From: Camelus ferus
Lineage: Eukaryota
Assembly: GCF_009834535.1 (NCBI RefSeq)
Contig: NC_045696.1
Location: 100,318,001-100,382,000 of the forward strand
DNA length: 64,000 nt
Reading direction: 5' to 3'
The stretch's first letter is position 1. Each line of letters starts with the position of its first letter. Below the pieces are notes generated by a model. The model searched no databases, was not told where the DNA came from, and saw only the letters and a list, made by a program, of their open reading frames with translations. Both the position numbers and the translations under genes were made by a program. Below are positions 51,280 through 63,960 of this stretch, in pieces.

Positions 51280-51785
51280 GAGTTAATAAGACATCTTTTG
51301 TTTGCAAGAATCAGAGAATGATCATTCTGAAAACTGGCTTAAACCAAAAAGGGAATTTATTAGCTGGTACAATTGAATGTCTCAAGGACAAAATGTTATT
51401 CAAGCAGATATACCAAGGCACTCAGAAAAATCTGTTACCTGGAAGCTGTTTCTTCCCATTGTTCAGTTCTGCACTTCTTTGTGTCATCTTCATTCTCAAG
51501 CTTCTTTTGGTAACTCCAAGCATCTCTCAGCTTAACACCCTCAAAATCTAGAAAACCTAGCAGAATGAGACTTTCTCTTTCCAACCATTCCAGTAGACTT
51601 CCCTGAACTGTCATACTGGCCTTGCTGGTCTCAAGACTCCAGCCCTGGCCAAGGGATTGTAATACATTGATTGGTCAGGCCTGGGACCAGTGCCCACGCC
51701 TGGAGCCTGGAGGATGAGGTGAACGCCACATTTATCATGGCCCCTTGGTGAAGAGTCCAGGAAGGGCAGTTTTCCAAAGAAACTT
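51280..51785. mobile_element. MLT1 (J/K-like) LTR relic
   Basis: ttgcaag..cagagaa..ggcttaaaccaaaaagggaatttattagct..gattggtcaggcctggg. Confidence 0.7.
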
Positions 51786-52207
51786 CAGTTATTGGACTTT
51801 AAAATGATCTTCAAGAAAATGTTTCTTATAGACATCTTCCTACTAAAATTCTTTCAGTACACCCATTCCTTCAGGATACAAATAGCTGTAATTGAGTTTT
51901 CAAGGTGCTGATCTTTTTTATTTCCTCAAACTTTGGTCCAGTTACTCTAGTCTTGTAAGTAGCCCCCTGGTAAATTAGATGAATGTTTTCATGATGCCAT
52001 GGCCCTCATGTCTAACATGTTTTTCTCTTTTATAAAATTGTCATGAATCCTCCCATCCATCCTTCAATAATCTACTTAAGTCCCATCATTTCCAAAACAT
52101 TTTTATTGACCATCCTAGTCCATGATGTTTTATCTTGCTTTTGAACTCCAAATGATTTTTTTTTGTTTATAGTGTTTCCAAATCTCTGTCTTGTTTCTTT
52201 TTGGGAG

Positions 52208-52362
52208 TTTTTTTTTTTTTTTTATTGAGGTATAGTCAGTTTGCAATGTTATTATTTCTGGTGTACAGCACAATTCTTCAGTCATACATGAATATACATA
52301 CATTCATTTTCATATTCTTTTTCACTGTGAGCTACTACAAGATATTGAATATATTTCCCTAT
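52208..52362 (-). mobile_element. 5'-truncated L1 3' end, related to the 34.8-40.6 kb L1
   Basis: Poly-T followed by tattgaggtatagtcagttt..cattttcatattcttttt..acaagatattgaatata, the reverse complement of L1 40440-40585. Confidence 0.85.
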
Positions 52363-52409
52363 TTTTTTATGCATATCTATAAGGCTCAAACTACCACTTG
52401 TTTCTTATA

Positions 52410-52535
52410 TTTTGGATATCACTTGTTTGAAAAAAAATCACGAAGGTGAAAATTTGCTATGAATTCAATAACAGATCCTAATGAGACTGAATATTGTTAA
52501 CTTTAAGAGAAGCTACATATACTTGAAAAACATTT
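52410..52535 (+). pseudogene. Dynein tail linker pseudo-exon
   Basis: LKKNHEGENLL*IQ*QILMRLNIVNFKRSYIYLKN, compared with VEQDEDIKKIQTQISSGMTNNASLLQNYLKT. Boundaries approximate. Confidence 0.5.
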
Positions 52536-53034
52536 TATACATGTACAGATAAGACTTTATTTTGGGGGGCTGTGCGTGTGAATTGAGGCCGTTATGTCCA
52601 CACTGCCCCGCACTTAGTGTTCCTTAGATTAAGGTGGGGTACTATTTGTTTATGCCAATTTTTTTCATCTCCTTTGGTATATCTTGGCCATAATACATTT
52701 ATATAACATATATAATATTATATTTATATATTGATAACCTGAAACTTTGTCTTAATGATAAACGTGTGCCTTGTTTTTATTTTTTTAACTCTATTCTTCT
52801 TTTGTATAGTTAGATAAAAATATTGGTTGCTTGATTAGAAATTTCCTTTTCTTCTTTGATATCTTTATTCCACACTGTCTTTTGCTATTCTTAACACATC
52901 CTGAGTTTATAACTTTCTTTTCATCATGGATAGTATAAATCAACATTGATATTTTGAAACTTGGAAATTGGGAGCAAGTAAGATGAATTTATTGTTAATA
53001 AATCTGCTGATATTTTACTTTGTAAAAGAGGTAC

Positions 53035-53419
53035 TGGTATGGACTGAATTGTATCTCCCCAAAATTCATTTGCTGAAGCCCTAACCCCCAGTGTAACTAT
53101 ATTTGCAGATGGGGCCTTTAAAGAGGTAATTAAGGATAAATTAAGTCATAAGGATGGGGCCCTAATTTGATAGGACCGGTGTCCTTATATGAAGAGGAAG
53201 AGACACCAGGAATGCATGTGTACAAAGGAAAGGCCATGTGAGGACAGAGTAAGTAGGTGGTCATCAGTAAACTTGGGAGAAAGGCCTCAGGAGAAACTAA
53301 ACCTGCCAGCACCTTGACGTTGGACATAGAGCCTCTGAAACAGTGAGAAAATAAATTTATGTTGGTTAAGCCGCACAGTCTGTGGTGTTTGGTTATGGCA
53401 GCCCTAGCAGATGATTACA
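53035..53419 (+). mobile_element. MLT1B-like MaLR solo LTR
   Basis: tggtatggactgaattgtatctcccc ... ttatggcagccctagcagatgattaca. Confidence 0.9.
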
Positions 53420-53956
53420 TCGACAATCAGTACAGCATTTGTCTGACTTGGTTTTCAAAATTTTATTAATTTAGACCTATTTTTATCTTCAATAAAATCG
53501 TTTGATTTGAACCCAAAGGTATAGTGGATTTCAAGCATGGCTGCACTCTAGTCATTTATCACTGAGCCTTAATTCCAAGGTAAAAGGTTAATAAAATCAT
53601 CCACCCTTACATATTCCTAAGCTTTGAACTTTGCAAATGGTGATGAAGTACCTGAAGCTAGTTCTAGCTTTCTCAGAATAAATTTAGAACCTATAAAATA
53701 ATGTTGTAGATTTTAATTCCATTGTTATGCATTACCTGGTTGGGTGGAATTGTGTTGGAAAAATCTGCATATTAAATTAGGTTTTTCCACAAGGAATTGT
53801 GATAAAACAATATTTGTCTTGGGGACTTGATAGGATCTGTCTGTCTGTCTGTCTCTTTACTATATAATACTTTTAAGTTGGCTGAAATCTTTTACTATTC
53901 ATCAGTGTGCTAATGTGCTTCATTTAAAGCAGACAAATGCTTGGTTCTTCTCCTAG

Positions 53957-54003
53957 GACTTTCAGAAATGCTTATTTGGCATCAAAGAGATCATAAATCT
54001 ATT
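53957..54003 (+). pseudogene. 47-nt pseudo-exon
   Basis: Acceptor ttcttctcctag and donor gtacgt. DFQK / AYL / IW fragments fit the F..Y.YLW motif after indels. Confidence 0.45.
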
Positions 54004-54419
54004 GTACGTGATTAAAATAAAGACACAAGTAGACTGACATATAGACTTGTGATTTGGCCATTCACAGCAGTATCTAAGGATTTGCCTATAAGCTGTTCAA
54101 TTTACTCATGTAAGTTTAAAGGTGACAATTTAGTGAAAAATGTCAGTGGCACTACTTGGTGACATAAAGAGCAAGAGAATATTTGGTTAGCTGGATGACT
54201 TTTTTAAAATAATTAATTAATTAATTTTACATTTTGGTCAGATTTTTGGAGCTATTATATATTTTTCATTGCCTGATTTGAGCTTAGATTTGGCAGAAAT
54301 GGTCAAGTAAAACTGTAGTAAATTTATGGAGGCATTAGTGTTTTTAAGCATTTTTATACATTTTGGAATAAATTAAAAGCAGCATTAATAAAAATAAAAT
54401 GAGAAATGCTGTTTTATTA

Positions 54420-54630
54420 ATAATAAGAGCTGAGTGCTATGCTAAGTACTACATTAGATTAATATACACTTATCACATTTAATCCTTCAAATGACCCTAA
54501 GAGATAGCTTTTATTTTATAGATGAGTATGCTGAGTCACAGAGGGTTAAGGCAATCAGTCAAGCCACAGAACTAGGAAGAGCTTTGAAACCAGGCTTTCC
54601 AGTTCTAAACCTGTGTTCTGAACGGCTAAC
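54420..54630 (-). mobile_element. MIR SINE
   Basis: ttttatagatgag..ctgagtcacagagggttaag..agccacaga. Confidence 0.75.
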
Positions 54631-55209
54631 CTCCATGGCATCTCCATGTGCTAAAGTGACCACATATTGGGTAATTTATTTAGTGATAGGTTAAAAACAT
54701 TTGCAGATATTACTTCAATTTTGGTGATAACTTTTGTTAATAGCCTGTAGTTTCGTGGAAAGTTTATTAAGTTGCATTCTAATTTCTCAATGGTGGATAA
54801 AATCATGAACAGCTGGGGAGAAGAGTCTAGTCTTCATTCTAAGCCCTGTTTATTTTTAATGAGAGTAAATACAGTAAAAATTGCCTGGTCTTTTGAATTT
54901 TATATAAGGATTTAATCCCTTTTAATTCACTTAAGTTTTGCTATAATTTTTTAGTGGGACATTTGTTTATATCATTTCTTTTTACCAGTGAGTCAAAGAA
55001 AACAGATTTCAAGTGACCTGATTCAGAGTATATAGTGAGTAAATTGTGGACTTGGGTTTTTCCCCCTTGCTTTTTTCACTAAAATTTTTATGTTCTTGAA
55101 AAAATGATATAAATTTACTAGGGATTCCTGGGGTTTATAAAAAAGAAATATTTTAGAAGTGAAGATTCTTATATTTAAATAATTAATAAGCTTAATTGAT
55201 AATCTGGCT

Positions 55210-55420
55210 TAATATACATACTCACATATATACACATTTACATATGTTGTAAACATACATAGCTTACGTATATATAGTATTGTATATATATAAATACATA
55301 TGTGGATAGAATATATATGCATATATACATAACCTGCTTTGAGAGTGCTCTCCTTCCCTCCCTCCCTCCCTCTCTCTCTCTGTCTTTGCCTTTCTACACA
55401 CACACACACACACCCACCCA
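55210..55420. repeat. (TA)-rich, (CCCT)n, (CT)n and (CA)n microsatellites
   Basis: Seen directly. Confidence 0.9.
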
Positions 55421-56679
55421 CCCAAATACGTATGGATCTTTCAAATCTTTCAAAGCAGATCACAGTAGTGCAAGAGTGTGAACTTGCAGATATTTTAGTG
55501 ATGGGGACATTGGAATCATATTATTTGCTACTTTCATTTAATTACTTTTAGCAGTGTTTTGGGGGTCCTGACATGGACTATTTACTTTCCCATCCTTCTT
55601 GGTTGTACCAAATTAAAAAATTGACCCAACGAATGAAATGAGGAAAATTATTCTATCAGTTTTATTGCTGGAAAAGTTGGATTGTCAAGTGTGGAGGGTG
55701 ACCTGAGACCAAAATAGGGCCTCTTCCTCTTTCAAGACAAAAAGCCCACGGAATAGGTGCCTGACAGAGAAGCAGAGACAGAGCTGATACCTGGAGGGAG
55801 GGGCATGCTGTCTGCCCAGTGCCTGGGGACTGAGAGAACAAGTTTCACTACACTTAAGGCCAGAAGGGCTGAGTACAGCCATCATTGCTTCTGCAGAACT
55901 CATTGGTAACAGCGGCCAGTTGTTACTAACGCCCTTGGGAGAGTGAGCAATAGGATGACATTTCTTCCCCAGAATGTGGAATTATTGGCAAAAGTTCCCT
56001 CTTAGGGACCACAGTGGGAATGCAGTAAGAAGATTTGGGTCCTCCTCTATCCACTTTGTTGTGTCCTCTTAACCCATTGTCATGTAGGACCTGAGCCCCA
56101 AATCCTATCCCTATTTTATTTTTTGTATCAAATTATGCTCAGCCACACATTACAAAGCAACTTATTGGAGACTGTTGTAGGTAACCCTTGATGACATAAA
56201 TACCACAAATACAATGCCAGCAAATAAAAATCAAAATACAAAACCCTTCTCTTTATTAAGTTTCTGGGTATATCTTAATGCACATGGATAAAACACTCTT
56301 GAATTATGGTCAGACTATTAAATATACAAATCCTTTACAGCATGCCTGCCCCAGTATTCTTATAAATCAGATTATTCTCAACAGTATAAGCCTGAGATCT
56401 TGAGGCAATTTCTTTCTGTATTTGTTCATGAGAGGCAAGGGAGTACAGCCCCGACAGGGGCATCTCCTCTATAAGCATGAATGACACTTCAGGAAATAGT
56501 CAATTGTGACAGGTTCGCAAGCCAGTGAGTAGTGTCAATCCTTTCATGGCCTGTTACTCCCTGGGTGGCTGACACTTTATAACCTGAAGCAGGCTTCTCT
56601 GGAACATTTGTAGTTACCAAGGAAGTCTCTCCCTTCACCCCTGTAGGTTCTACAATTCGTCTTCTCTGTTTAAATGAGG

Positions 56680-56820
56680 AATCAATCCATATTAGAATCA
56701 TCTGAGCAGTTTTTAAAATCTACATGTCCATGTCTCACTTCAGATTAATTAAGTCAGAATCTCTAGGGGTGGGGCACAGGCCACCAGTATATTTTAAAGC
56801 ACCTCAGGTTAAAATCCTCT
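56680..56820. mobile_element. MER5-like relic
   Basis: attagaatcatctg..aagtcagaatctctaggggtggggcacagg..attttaaagcacctcagg. Confidence 0.7.
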
Positions 56821-57739
56821 AAGATAATGGAATATGACCATTCCATAATAGAATATCTGTTCCTTCAGTCAGAAAGATGGCCTGTGATTTTATTCATTCT
56901 TGGCCAATTTATAGTCATTCCCCACATAGCTCAACAAGACCTTATATTCAGGCTCAGAAGACTTGCAGGACTCAACAGTCCCAGCTTTAGGGCAGACACA
57001 GGTTCAAGAATCTCTCTCATAATTCAGAGTGTGTTTGTGTTTTGCACAACTGATAATTTTATTTTTAATCTTGTTATTTCCAAAACTGTCTATGTTTTGC
57101 ATATGCGTATGTTTGGGTCAGATTTTTCATTTGAACTCCAGATCCTTAAAAAGCACATGCCACGTCGTTAATCCCAACACTCTTAAACAGATCCCCCGTG
57201 TCATGCACCCCTATCTAAGCCCACTGTGTCCTGAGGATTTGAGTATAGGTCCTTTTCCAAGTCATTTGGCTTACTCCTGCCTGACATAACTGGGAATCTT
57301 GATGGTATTTCTACTAGAGCCTGATATGAAGGTAAATGTGTGTGGCCACTGATTATTTTCCACAGTGTGTATAATGCTGATCAGTATCTCTGCTAGATTT
57401 CAGCAGGTCAGCATAGGCAGCATCATAGGTCATCTCCTTTCTGGAACTACTGAAGCTACATTATCATCTAAGTGCAAGTGTTTTTGTTTGACAACCCAGT
57501 AGACATCTATATAAATTGACCAGTGATGAGTAGGATCCAGCTTGTCCTCTCTGTAGAAAGCAGCAAGTGAAATTTTTTTCTTAAACCTTTGTCAATGGGA
57601 GCTGATAGCTAATGTCAGAGCACACAGCTCCCCATCAACGTGTGGCGTAATTAATGCTATAAAGAACTCATCACACCAGCACTAGCTCATTAAGGATGAG
57701 CTGTATACATATCAGATGAAATATTTTCAGAATAGCAGT

Positions 57740-58290
57740 GCACCTTGTCTAACACCCAGTGGTACTTTGTACAAATGACCGGAATCCTTCCCTCCTCTCT
57801 GAGTTCACACCCCTTTGCATATGATTTCAAAGCATCTCTCAGCAAGAGCCAGAGTCTGTTTCCTTTCCCCTTGAACAACTTGGGCTGGCAGGATGACTTG
57901 TATTGGCCAGTAAAGTTTGGTAGAGATGTTTGCCAGTTCTGAGACTGCACCTTAAGAAGTCTTCTATGCTTCCATTTACCCCCTGGGACCCCACCTCTCC
58001 TTTCTGGATAAGAGAAGGAAGTCTGCAGGGATGAGAGACTGCCTCACCCAGAGTAAAGGTCTTCGAGTTTTCCCAGCAGAGTGCAAAGACAGATGGAAGA
58101 ATCTAGATGGTATCAAACCCATGCCCCCAGATGACAGCTGATGCATGAGAGACAGAGCCCAGCCAAGCTAATAAGAATTCTACAGCCAAGCTCAGTCTAA
58201 ATTGCTGAACTAGGTAGGGAATTGTGGCTAAATAGATCGTTGTTTTCAGCCAAGTTTCATATGCTTTGCTAAGCTAATGAATATACTTTG
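57740..58290 (+). mobile_element. MLT1 LTR relic
   Basis: tttccccttgaa..tgggctggc..tgacttg..agcccagcc..aaattgctga..ttgttttcagcc. Confidence 0.65.
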
Positions 58291-58684
58291 TAGCTAATGC
58301 TGTCACACTAGTGGGCTATATTTGGGTGATATTTCTGCCTTAGTGTGTGGATCTGGGGTTAGAACCCAGGGATAGTCATGTCATGTCAGGCTCACTCTGG
58401 CCCTGGAATTTTTCGGTACAAATATCTTCACTCAGATCACAGCTCTTCCCTCTACTAGGTTACCTGTCGTGGAGAGGAAAGCAAAGTGTGCCAATTTTTC
58501 TCCAAACTCTAACTTGTTAAAACCTAACCCTTTCCACTTCTAGAGATACCGTGACAGTATTGATGTCCCCACACCATAGTCACTTGATAAATGATACCAA
58601 GAGCTGCCTGTTGTCCTAGTGGCTCTCTTTGGCCTCGTAAGTGCAACTTCCCAGATATCAAAGGCATTTTATATAATGTGTATA

Positions 58685-58686
<2 letters not shown>

Positions 58687-58724
<38 letters not shown>

Positions 58725-58901
58725 TGAGAGAATGGTTGAAGTTTTTGGAAAGCACAGTAATAGGCTGTATTACTAGTATTTCCAGAGGAGCTGCCATGCT
58801 GATACCTTTCATCAAGGGTGGATATGATTATTTAGAAGGAGGAGGAAGAGGAGGAGGGAGAGGAGGAATAGAGAAGAAAACAGAGGAGGAGGAAGAGGAG
58901 G
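58687..58901. repeat. (CA)n (58687-58721) and (GGA)n-like tract (58835-58901)
   Basis: Seen directly. Confidence 0.95.
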
Positions 58902-59779
58902 GCAGAATCTTTCTTCCTGGTAAACAGAACTCTCCCTGGGATGCTAGTTCCCAGGCCCCAGCTGGCTCATCCACTGTTGTCCTGGAGGTCCCCTCATATT
59001 TAAGGGAGTGAACACCTTCTGTCACCTGTTCTCTCAGAGGTAGAAGGGAAATCTTGGCATTAGGGAGTATTTTAGGCTCACTTAGTATGGATTTCATCTA
59101 TTGCTATAACCTTGAGCCATGTGTCCGAGCCATGTGTCCAACCCAGGTGTCCAATGTTCTTGACAAAGCAAATATAACCAAATTCCAATTTTCTGATTTG
59201 CTTATAATGTGACATGGATTTTGGCACATGACTTTTGATGAAGGATGTAGAGTATCTAAATTTAAAAATGATTTAATCTCCTATAATGAGGGGAGTTAGG
59301 CATTTTTGACATATTCACTGCCTGGGCTTGTGTTACCTTATGTTTAACATTTTGAGCAAAATTCAGAAATATTTAATAATTCTGCCAGTTATTGTAGTCC
59401 CTGGTTATTTCCCACACCTACAGTGGTAAAAGTGATGAGTAGATTTTTCACAACAATTTGATAAGGCACATAATTTCTCCACTTGGAAACTTGTATCCTG
59501 TTTCTCATTAGGACTAAAGATATATTGTCATAGTCTTTTCTTTCAGCACAGCCAGTCAAAGCTCAATATTTACTATGTTTATTATATAGTATTTTATAGT
59601 ATTCATTGTATAGTCTTCTGCTATAGGAAGAAGGTAGAATACAGCCATATTCTACCAGAAACTACATAGTTACTGATGCTAATTCTTATAGTGATGACAC
59701 TACCTAACTACCAAGTGCAAGCAAAGGGGAAAGATGATTAAGTCTGTCTGTAGGAGATGGAAGCAGAAAATTTTCTAAG

Positions 59780-60140
59780 ACTGTCATACAGAAGGGGTGG
59801 CATTTGGAGTAAGCTTTGATGGATAAGATTTTGCCCAGCAGAGAAGGGAGAAAGCACATTTTAGACAGAAGTAATAAGATTGAGTAAAAGTTCAGAAAAA
59901 ATATGCACGGCTTTCTCACGGGAATTTAGGTAGCCTGTGCATTTGTAGAGTAGGGCATGTGGTGGGGACTGAAAGGACATGGATCTGAATAGATAAGCTT
60001 GCATCCCGGCTTAAACTAGTTTGCGAAGGAATTAGCCTTGTCCTCTAAGGACTGAGGAGCCTTCCTAGTTTATAATCAGAGGGGATGGTTGGAGAAAAAT
60101 GCTATTCAGAACACAGCACAGATTGAAGGAGGCAGTGAAA
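59780..60140 (-). mobile_element. L2 relic
   Basis: ggtggcatttggagtaagctttgatggataagatttt..gaaaagcacattttagacagaag. Confidence 0.6.
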
Positions 60141-60519
60141 AAGTGAGGGTTCAGATTTAGTTTCTCATCTTTATTTAAAATGAATAGAAAAATACAAGAT
60201 AATAAGAATATAATATGCTTTAAATTTTTATTTTATTTGCCCAAGCCACGAAGTATTGACATTTTAGTCAGTGACAGATGGGTGGATATCAATAGCCACT
60301 TAAAACTTCCCTTAATTCCCCTTTTGATTTCATATTTTTTATTCTCTTCTTTTCTTCTTCTTAATCCATCTGTGTACTTTAAAATATGTGTCTTTTTGTA
60401 TAATTGTGTTTTGTCACAATAATTGTGATTTGATCATTAATAACTGTAATAAATTGTGTAGAATCTGTCCAATAATAATTATAGTCCACAAATCTTAAAA
60501 TTTGGTTTGAAATTTCTAG

Positions 60520-60870
60520 GAAAAATGAATAAAAACATTGAGCTGACAGTCTGATCATGTTGCACGAGGTTATCACCATATTCTTCAGATTCAAAAAAGG
60601 GTCTGCTTTAGTGACACAGTAACTAGAATGTTTCCTGTAGATTATGTAAGAGAAGTTTTGCACCCCCAACTCATTCAAAAGTCATAGAATTTCCTTTTAT
60701 GTAACAGTCTCTATATTCATGAATCCTTATCTATTTTCAGAGATAGCCTCATTACTGAAAAACCCACAGAGGAAAAATCCTTGGTGAAATACCACAATGA
60801 AATGAGTTCATTTTCAGAATTTTTTTTAAGAATTACTGAAAATGTAGGACAGCTAATCAAAATTGTCTAA
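60520..60870 (+). pseudogene. Two adjacent dynein tail pseudo-exons (60520-60645 and 60741-about 60870)
   Basis: First is 126 nt, ttctag..gtaaga, ending ARGYHHILQIQKRVCFSDTVTRMFPVDY (compare ARYTEVANNVQKEETVTNIQFVLLDC). Second follows ctattttcag and reads KSLVKYHNEMSSFSEFFLRI (compare KFSLVQHCNEWQNKFATLLRE). Confidence 0.65.
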
Positions 60871-61098
60871 TGTGGGCACTGGAGATGAAATATAGGGTAA
60901 TATAATAAAAAATCTCTTGTGGATTTGTGATAGTCCAATTAAAGCAAGCTAATCAGATATTTGGAAGGTAATGTACTACCCATTGATTTTCTTTGCTTGA
61001 GGAATGGCATCTCACCATTCATATCTCCTAAGTCTTGACAGCTAATTACTATCAATTTTGTTCATTTGATCCATATTTTTCTATTCTTTTTAATGAAG

Positions 61099-61389
61099 CA
61101 AACTCAACTGAAATATTGATTGTTGGAGATGGACTTTAAGCTTGAGTTTGAGACATCTGGGTTGTTTCCTTGGAGCCGCTTAATGCAAGGGTCTGAAGGA
61201 TGAATGCAAATCATAAATAAAGAGAGATTATGTGAACCCTGCCAGAGCTTAACAGGTGTCAGGTTCAAAGTGCACGCTTGAAGCTGTAGATAGATGACAA
61301 GATCAGAAACTTGGGGCATGGAAGACCAAACAGGTTGGAAAAAGGAAAATGAAGATGGTTGAGGAAGAAGTGTTAGTAATGTCAATAAG
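61099..61389 (+). pseudogene. Dynein tail pseudo-exon
   Basis: KERLCEPCQSL (compare DELFEPLKET), DDKIRNLG and KMVEEEVLVM, with several stops and frameshifts. Confidence 0.45.
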
Positions 61390-62719
61390 GTTTCAGTCCT
61401 CTTAAATGTTAGCTTTTTGGCCTGACTAGATAGGGTTGGCTTAATTGGCAAGGCCAGGCAGTTCTCACACAAACTGCAGAGAAGTGGATTCACCATAGTT
61501 AATCCTGGAAAATGTTGTGTTCTCTGTCTCCCCTTTAGCTGGAGCAGCCTTGATGGGTGGTACTTGCCTTTCTCTTTCTTCCTCTGGTAGAAAGGAGCAG
61601 CTTCTGTACTCTTAGCTCTCGACTGTTGCCCTATTCCTAATCCCCACTGGGAAAGCAAGCATATTCAGTATATTTGTTGTCTTGTGGTCACAGCTTAACT
61701 CTCCCTAAATCACCATCAGAGTAATAGGTAATGAAATGTGCAATGATTACAATGCAATACTGTTCAGTAGTCAGAAGGAGTGGTGTAAATCTATATATTA
61801 CAATTTAAATAGACGCCCAAAATACTACCTTCAGAAAAAAATAGAGCAATCACTTTATGTAAATTATAAACCTCAAACCTCATCACAGATATGCATATAG
61901 GTAAAGTAATTTACAAAAGATAGCTTAAATGGGCATACCTTAAATCTGTCAGCGTGAGAGCTTGCAAAGGAAGAGGAGTCATATTTGGGAAGAAGGATGA
62001 AGGGAAAATGAGGAAACATGAACAGATAGTCACTAACTAATAATAATAAAGTGCCATGGCATGGGAAGTGAAAATCAAATCATTTTGTTGCAGCTGCTGT
62101 CCAAATTGAATGAATCAATAAATTGGAGGAATGAATAAAATTAAAATCAATTAATGAAAGTCTGATATTTTTACCTGCCTGTTTTTTTCCTATAGCTTGA
62201 CCAATCAGTGAATTTTCTGAAGAGAAACCACTTTTGTTTGGCAAGTTCTCAAATTTAGTCACTAGAATGGATAAATGGATTTATAAATTGGAATGTCTTT
62301 AGAATTGTTTTATGGGACTCCCTGTCCAGTATATCCATGGGAGGACACAGAGGATGGTAACCTGGATTTGCATTAGGTAAAGCCAGTGACACAGAATAAA
62401 ACTTGGAACTTACTGCTCACTCTGTTGGGTAAAACGCTAATCATAGATAGCACTCTAATTCCTCACTTCCAGATTGGCTATTTGGCACAGAGAGAGAAAT
62501 ACAATACCAAGAAGTGAGAAAATGTGGCTCAAGCATCTCTGGTGAGGGACTTCTCACTATTTTAAACCACTGATGAAAAACTGACATTGTTTTATTAGCC
62601 TCTGTTAATAATTAAAGACTACTTATCCATTTATTGGGCTAGGAAGGAAGAATTTTGGCTGGGCTAACTGATATCCTTAAATAATGTAATGACAAATACT
62701 GAAAGCCAAAGAAGAAAGA

Positions 62720-62920
62720 AGCCGTGGATCTGAGATGCCCTAAGGAACTGCAGAGAGCAGCTGAATTAGAAACAGGAGGAATTTAGTGCTAGTCCCCATT
62801 CTCTATCATTAGGTCCTTTCCTCAATAAGTTTGATGTGATCATTCCTTAAAGAAAATACTGGAAGATTATAAAGTTCTTGTTGTTCAGATCAAATTTCCA
62901 TGTGGAAACCATGTTCCCTT
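62720..62920 (+). pseudogene. Dynein tail pseudo-exon
   Basis: KQEEFSAS..SLGPFLNKFDV / DHSLKKILEDYKVLVVQIK fits the F...GPF......A...L..Y segment that precedes DHC_N2. Confidence 0.5.
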
Positions 62921-63769
62921 AGTAGGAAAGTGTTAGCAATCTTAGTTCCTGCTAAGGACTGAAGGACTGAAAAACATGTGTCTGTATCTGATTTTTGAGC
63001 ATACCACGTAAGAAAGCAACTGGCAGACTGACATCTATAAAGCTGATAAACTTTACATAACAATAGTTTTATAAAATATAGTGATTATCATACATAATTA
63101 TGGCTTTAAATTTTTTCTTTATGAAGCTGGAGAAAATGAAGCTAGATATTTATGCAAATATCAGGTAGCTATTTGTTTTACTGGAACCAGAAATAAGAAC
63201 ATTACTATTATATATCTCCATACATTTTATAAAATCGGTTTACTTAATGTTGTATTATTTTAATCTCACAACAATTCTGAGGGAAAGGGGTTTGATAGTA
63301 TTCCATATAGCATGTAGGAAACGGGTTCTGAGTGTTTCCTTTAAACAGATCACACCATTCAAAATGTTTGAATACCATTGAGTTAGTTGTTGTTTCCAGC
63401 TCTGACATAAGCCTGTTTCTTGCACTGTAAAATAATAGGCTTAGTAGTAACAGCTCAACTCTGTTCTGTTAAAAACTCCATTATATGTTTCCTTATCCTG
63501 AAATGTAAAAGTATTGGGTCCTATTATATGCAGAACAATCTGTAAATAGGTTATGGTTGGGTATAAGGTGGTCAGTGTTTGATATCTTTCATTAGGAACG
63601 TTGGCTATGAGTACTAGGAAAATAAGATTTTAAGGCTTTTCCATTATGATAACATACAAATGTGTACTTCCAAATAGGCACAAGAACTGCCACTGCACAT
63701 GTACCAATGGAGATGACATCTCATGTAAATAGGAGACAGTCTCTTGTCTAAATGTGTAAGCTAGTCAAG

Positions 63770-63960
63770 CTATTTACTCTGTATGACGTGAGCAATTTTG
63801 GAAGTCACGTGAAGTGTTTAAGGTTATTGGAGCATGTTAATACACTGAAAGTCACTATTAAATGCTTGATATATTTTCCAAATGACCACAGTTTACTTTT
63901 GGGACTGTTTTTATGATGTGTGACAAATTTCCCCAATGCCAAGTGGTCGAATTTTCAATA
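63770..63960 (+). pseudogene. Candidate pseudo-exon at the start of DHC_N2
   Basis: KLFTLYDV.., YFWDCFYDV* (63894-63923) and NAKWSNF fit LF.L....LWD....V.....W. Confidence 0.35.

Noticed and set aside
61104..61658. 184-aa minus-strand ORF
   Set aside because: No recognisable domain; partly antisense to a purine-rich dynein-like pseudo-exon.
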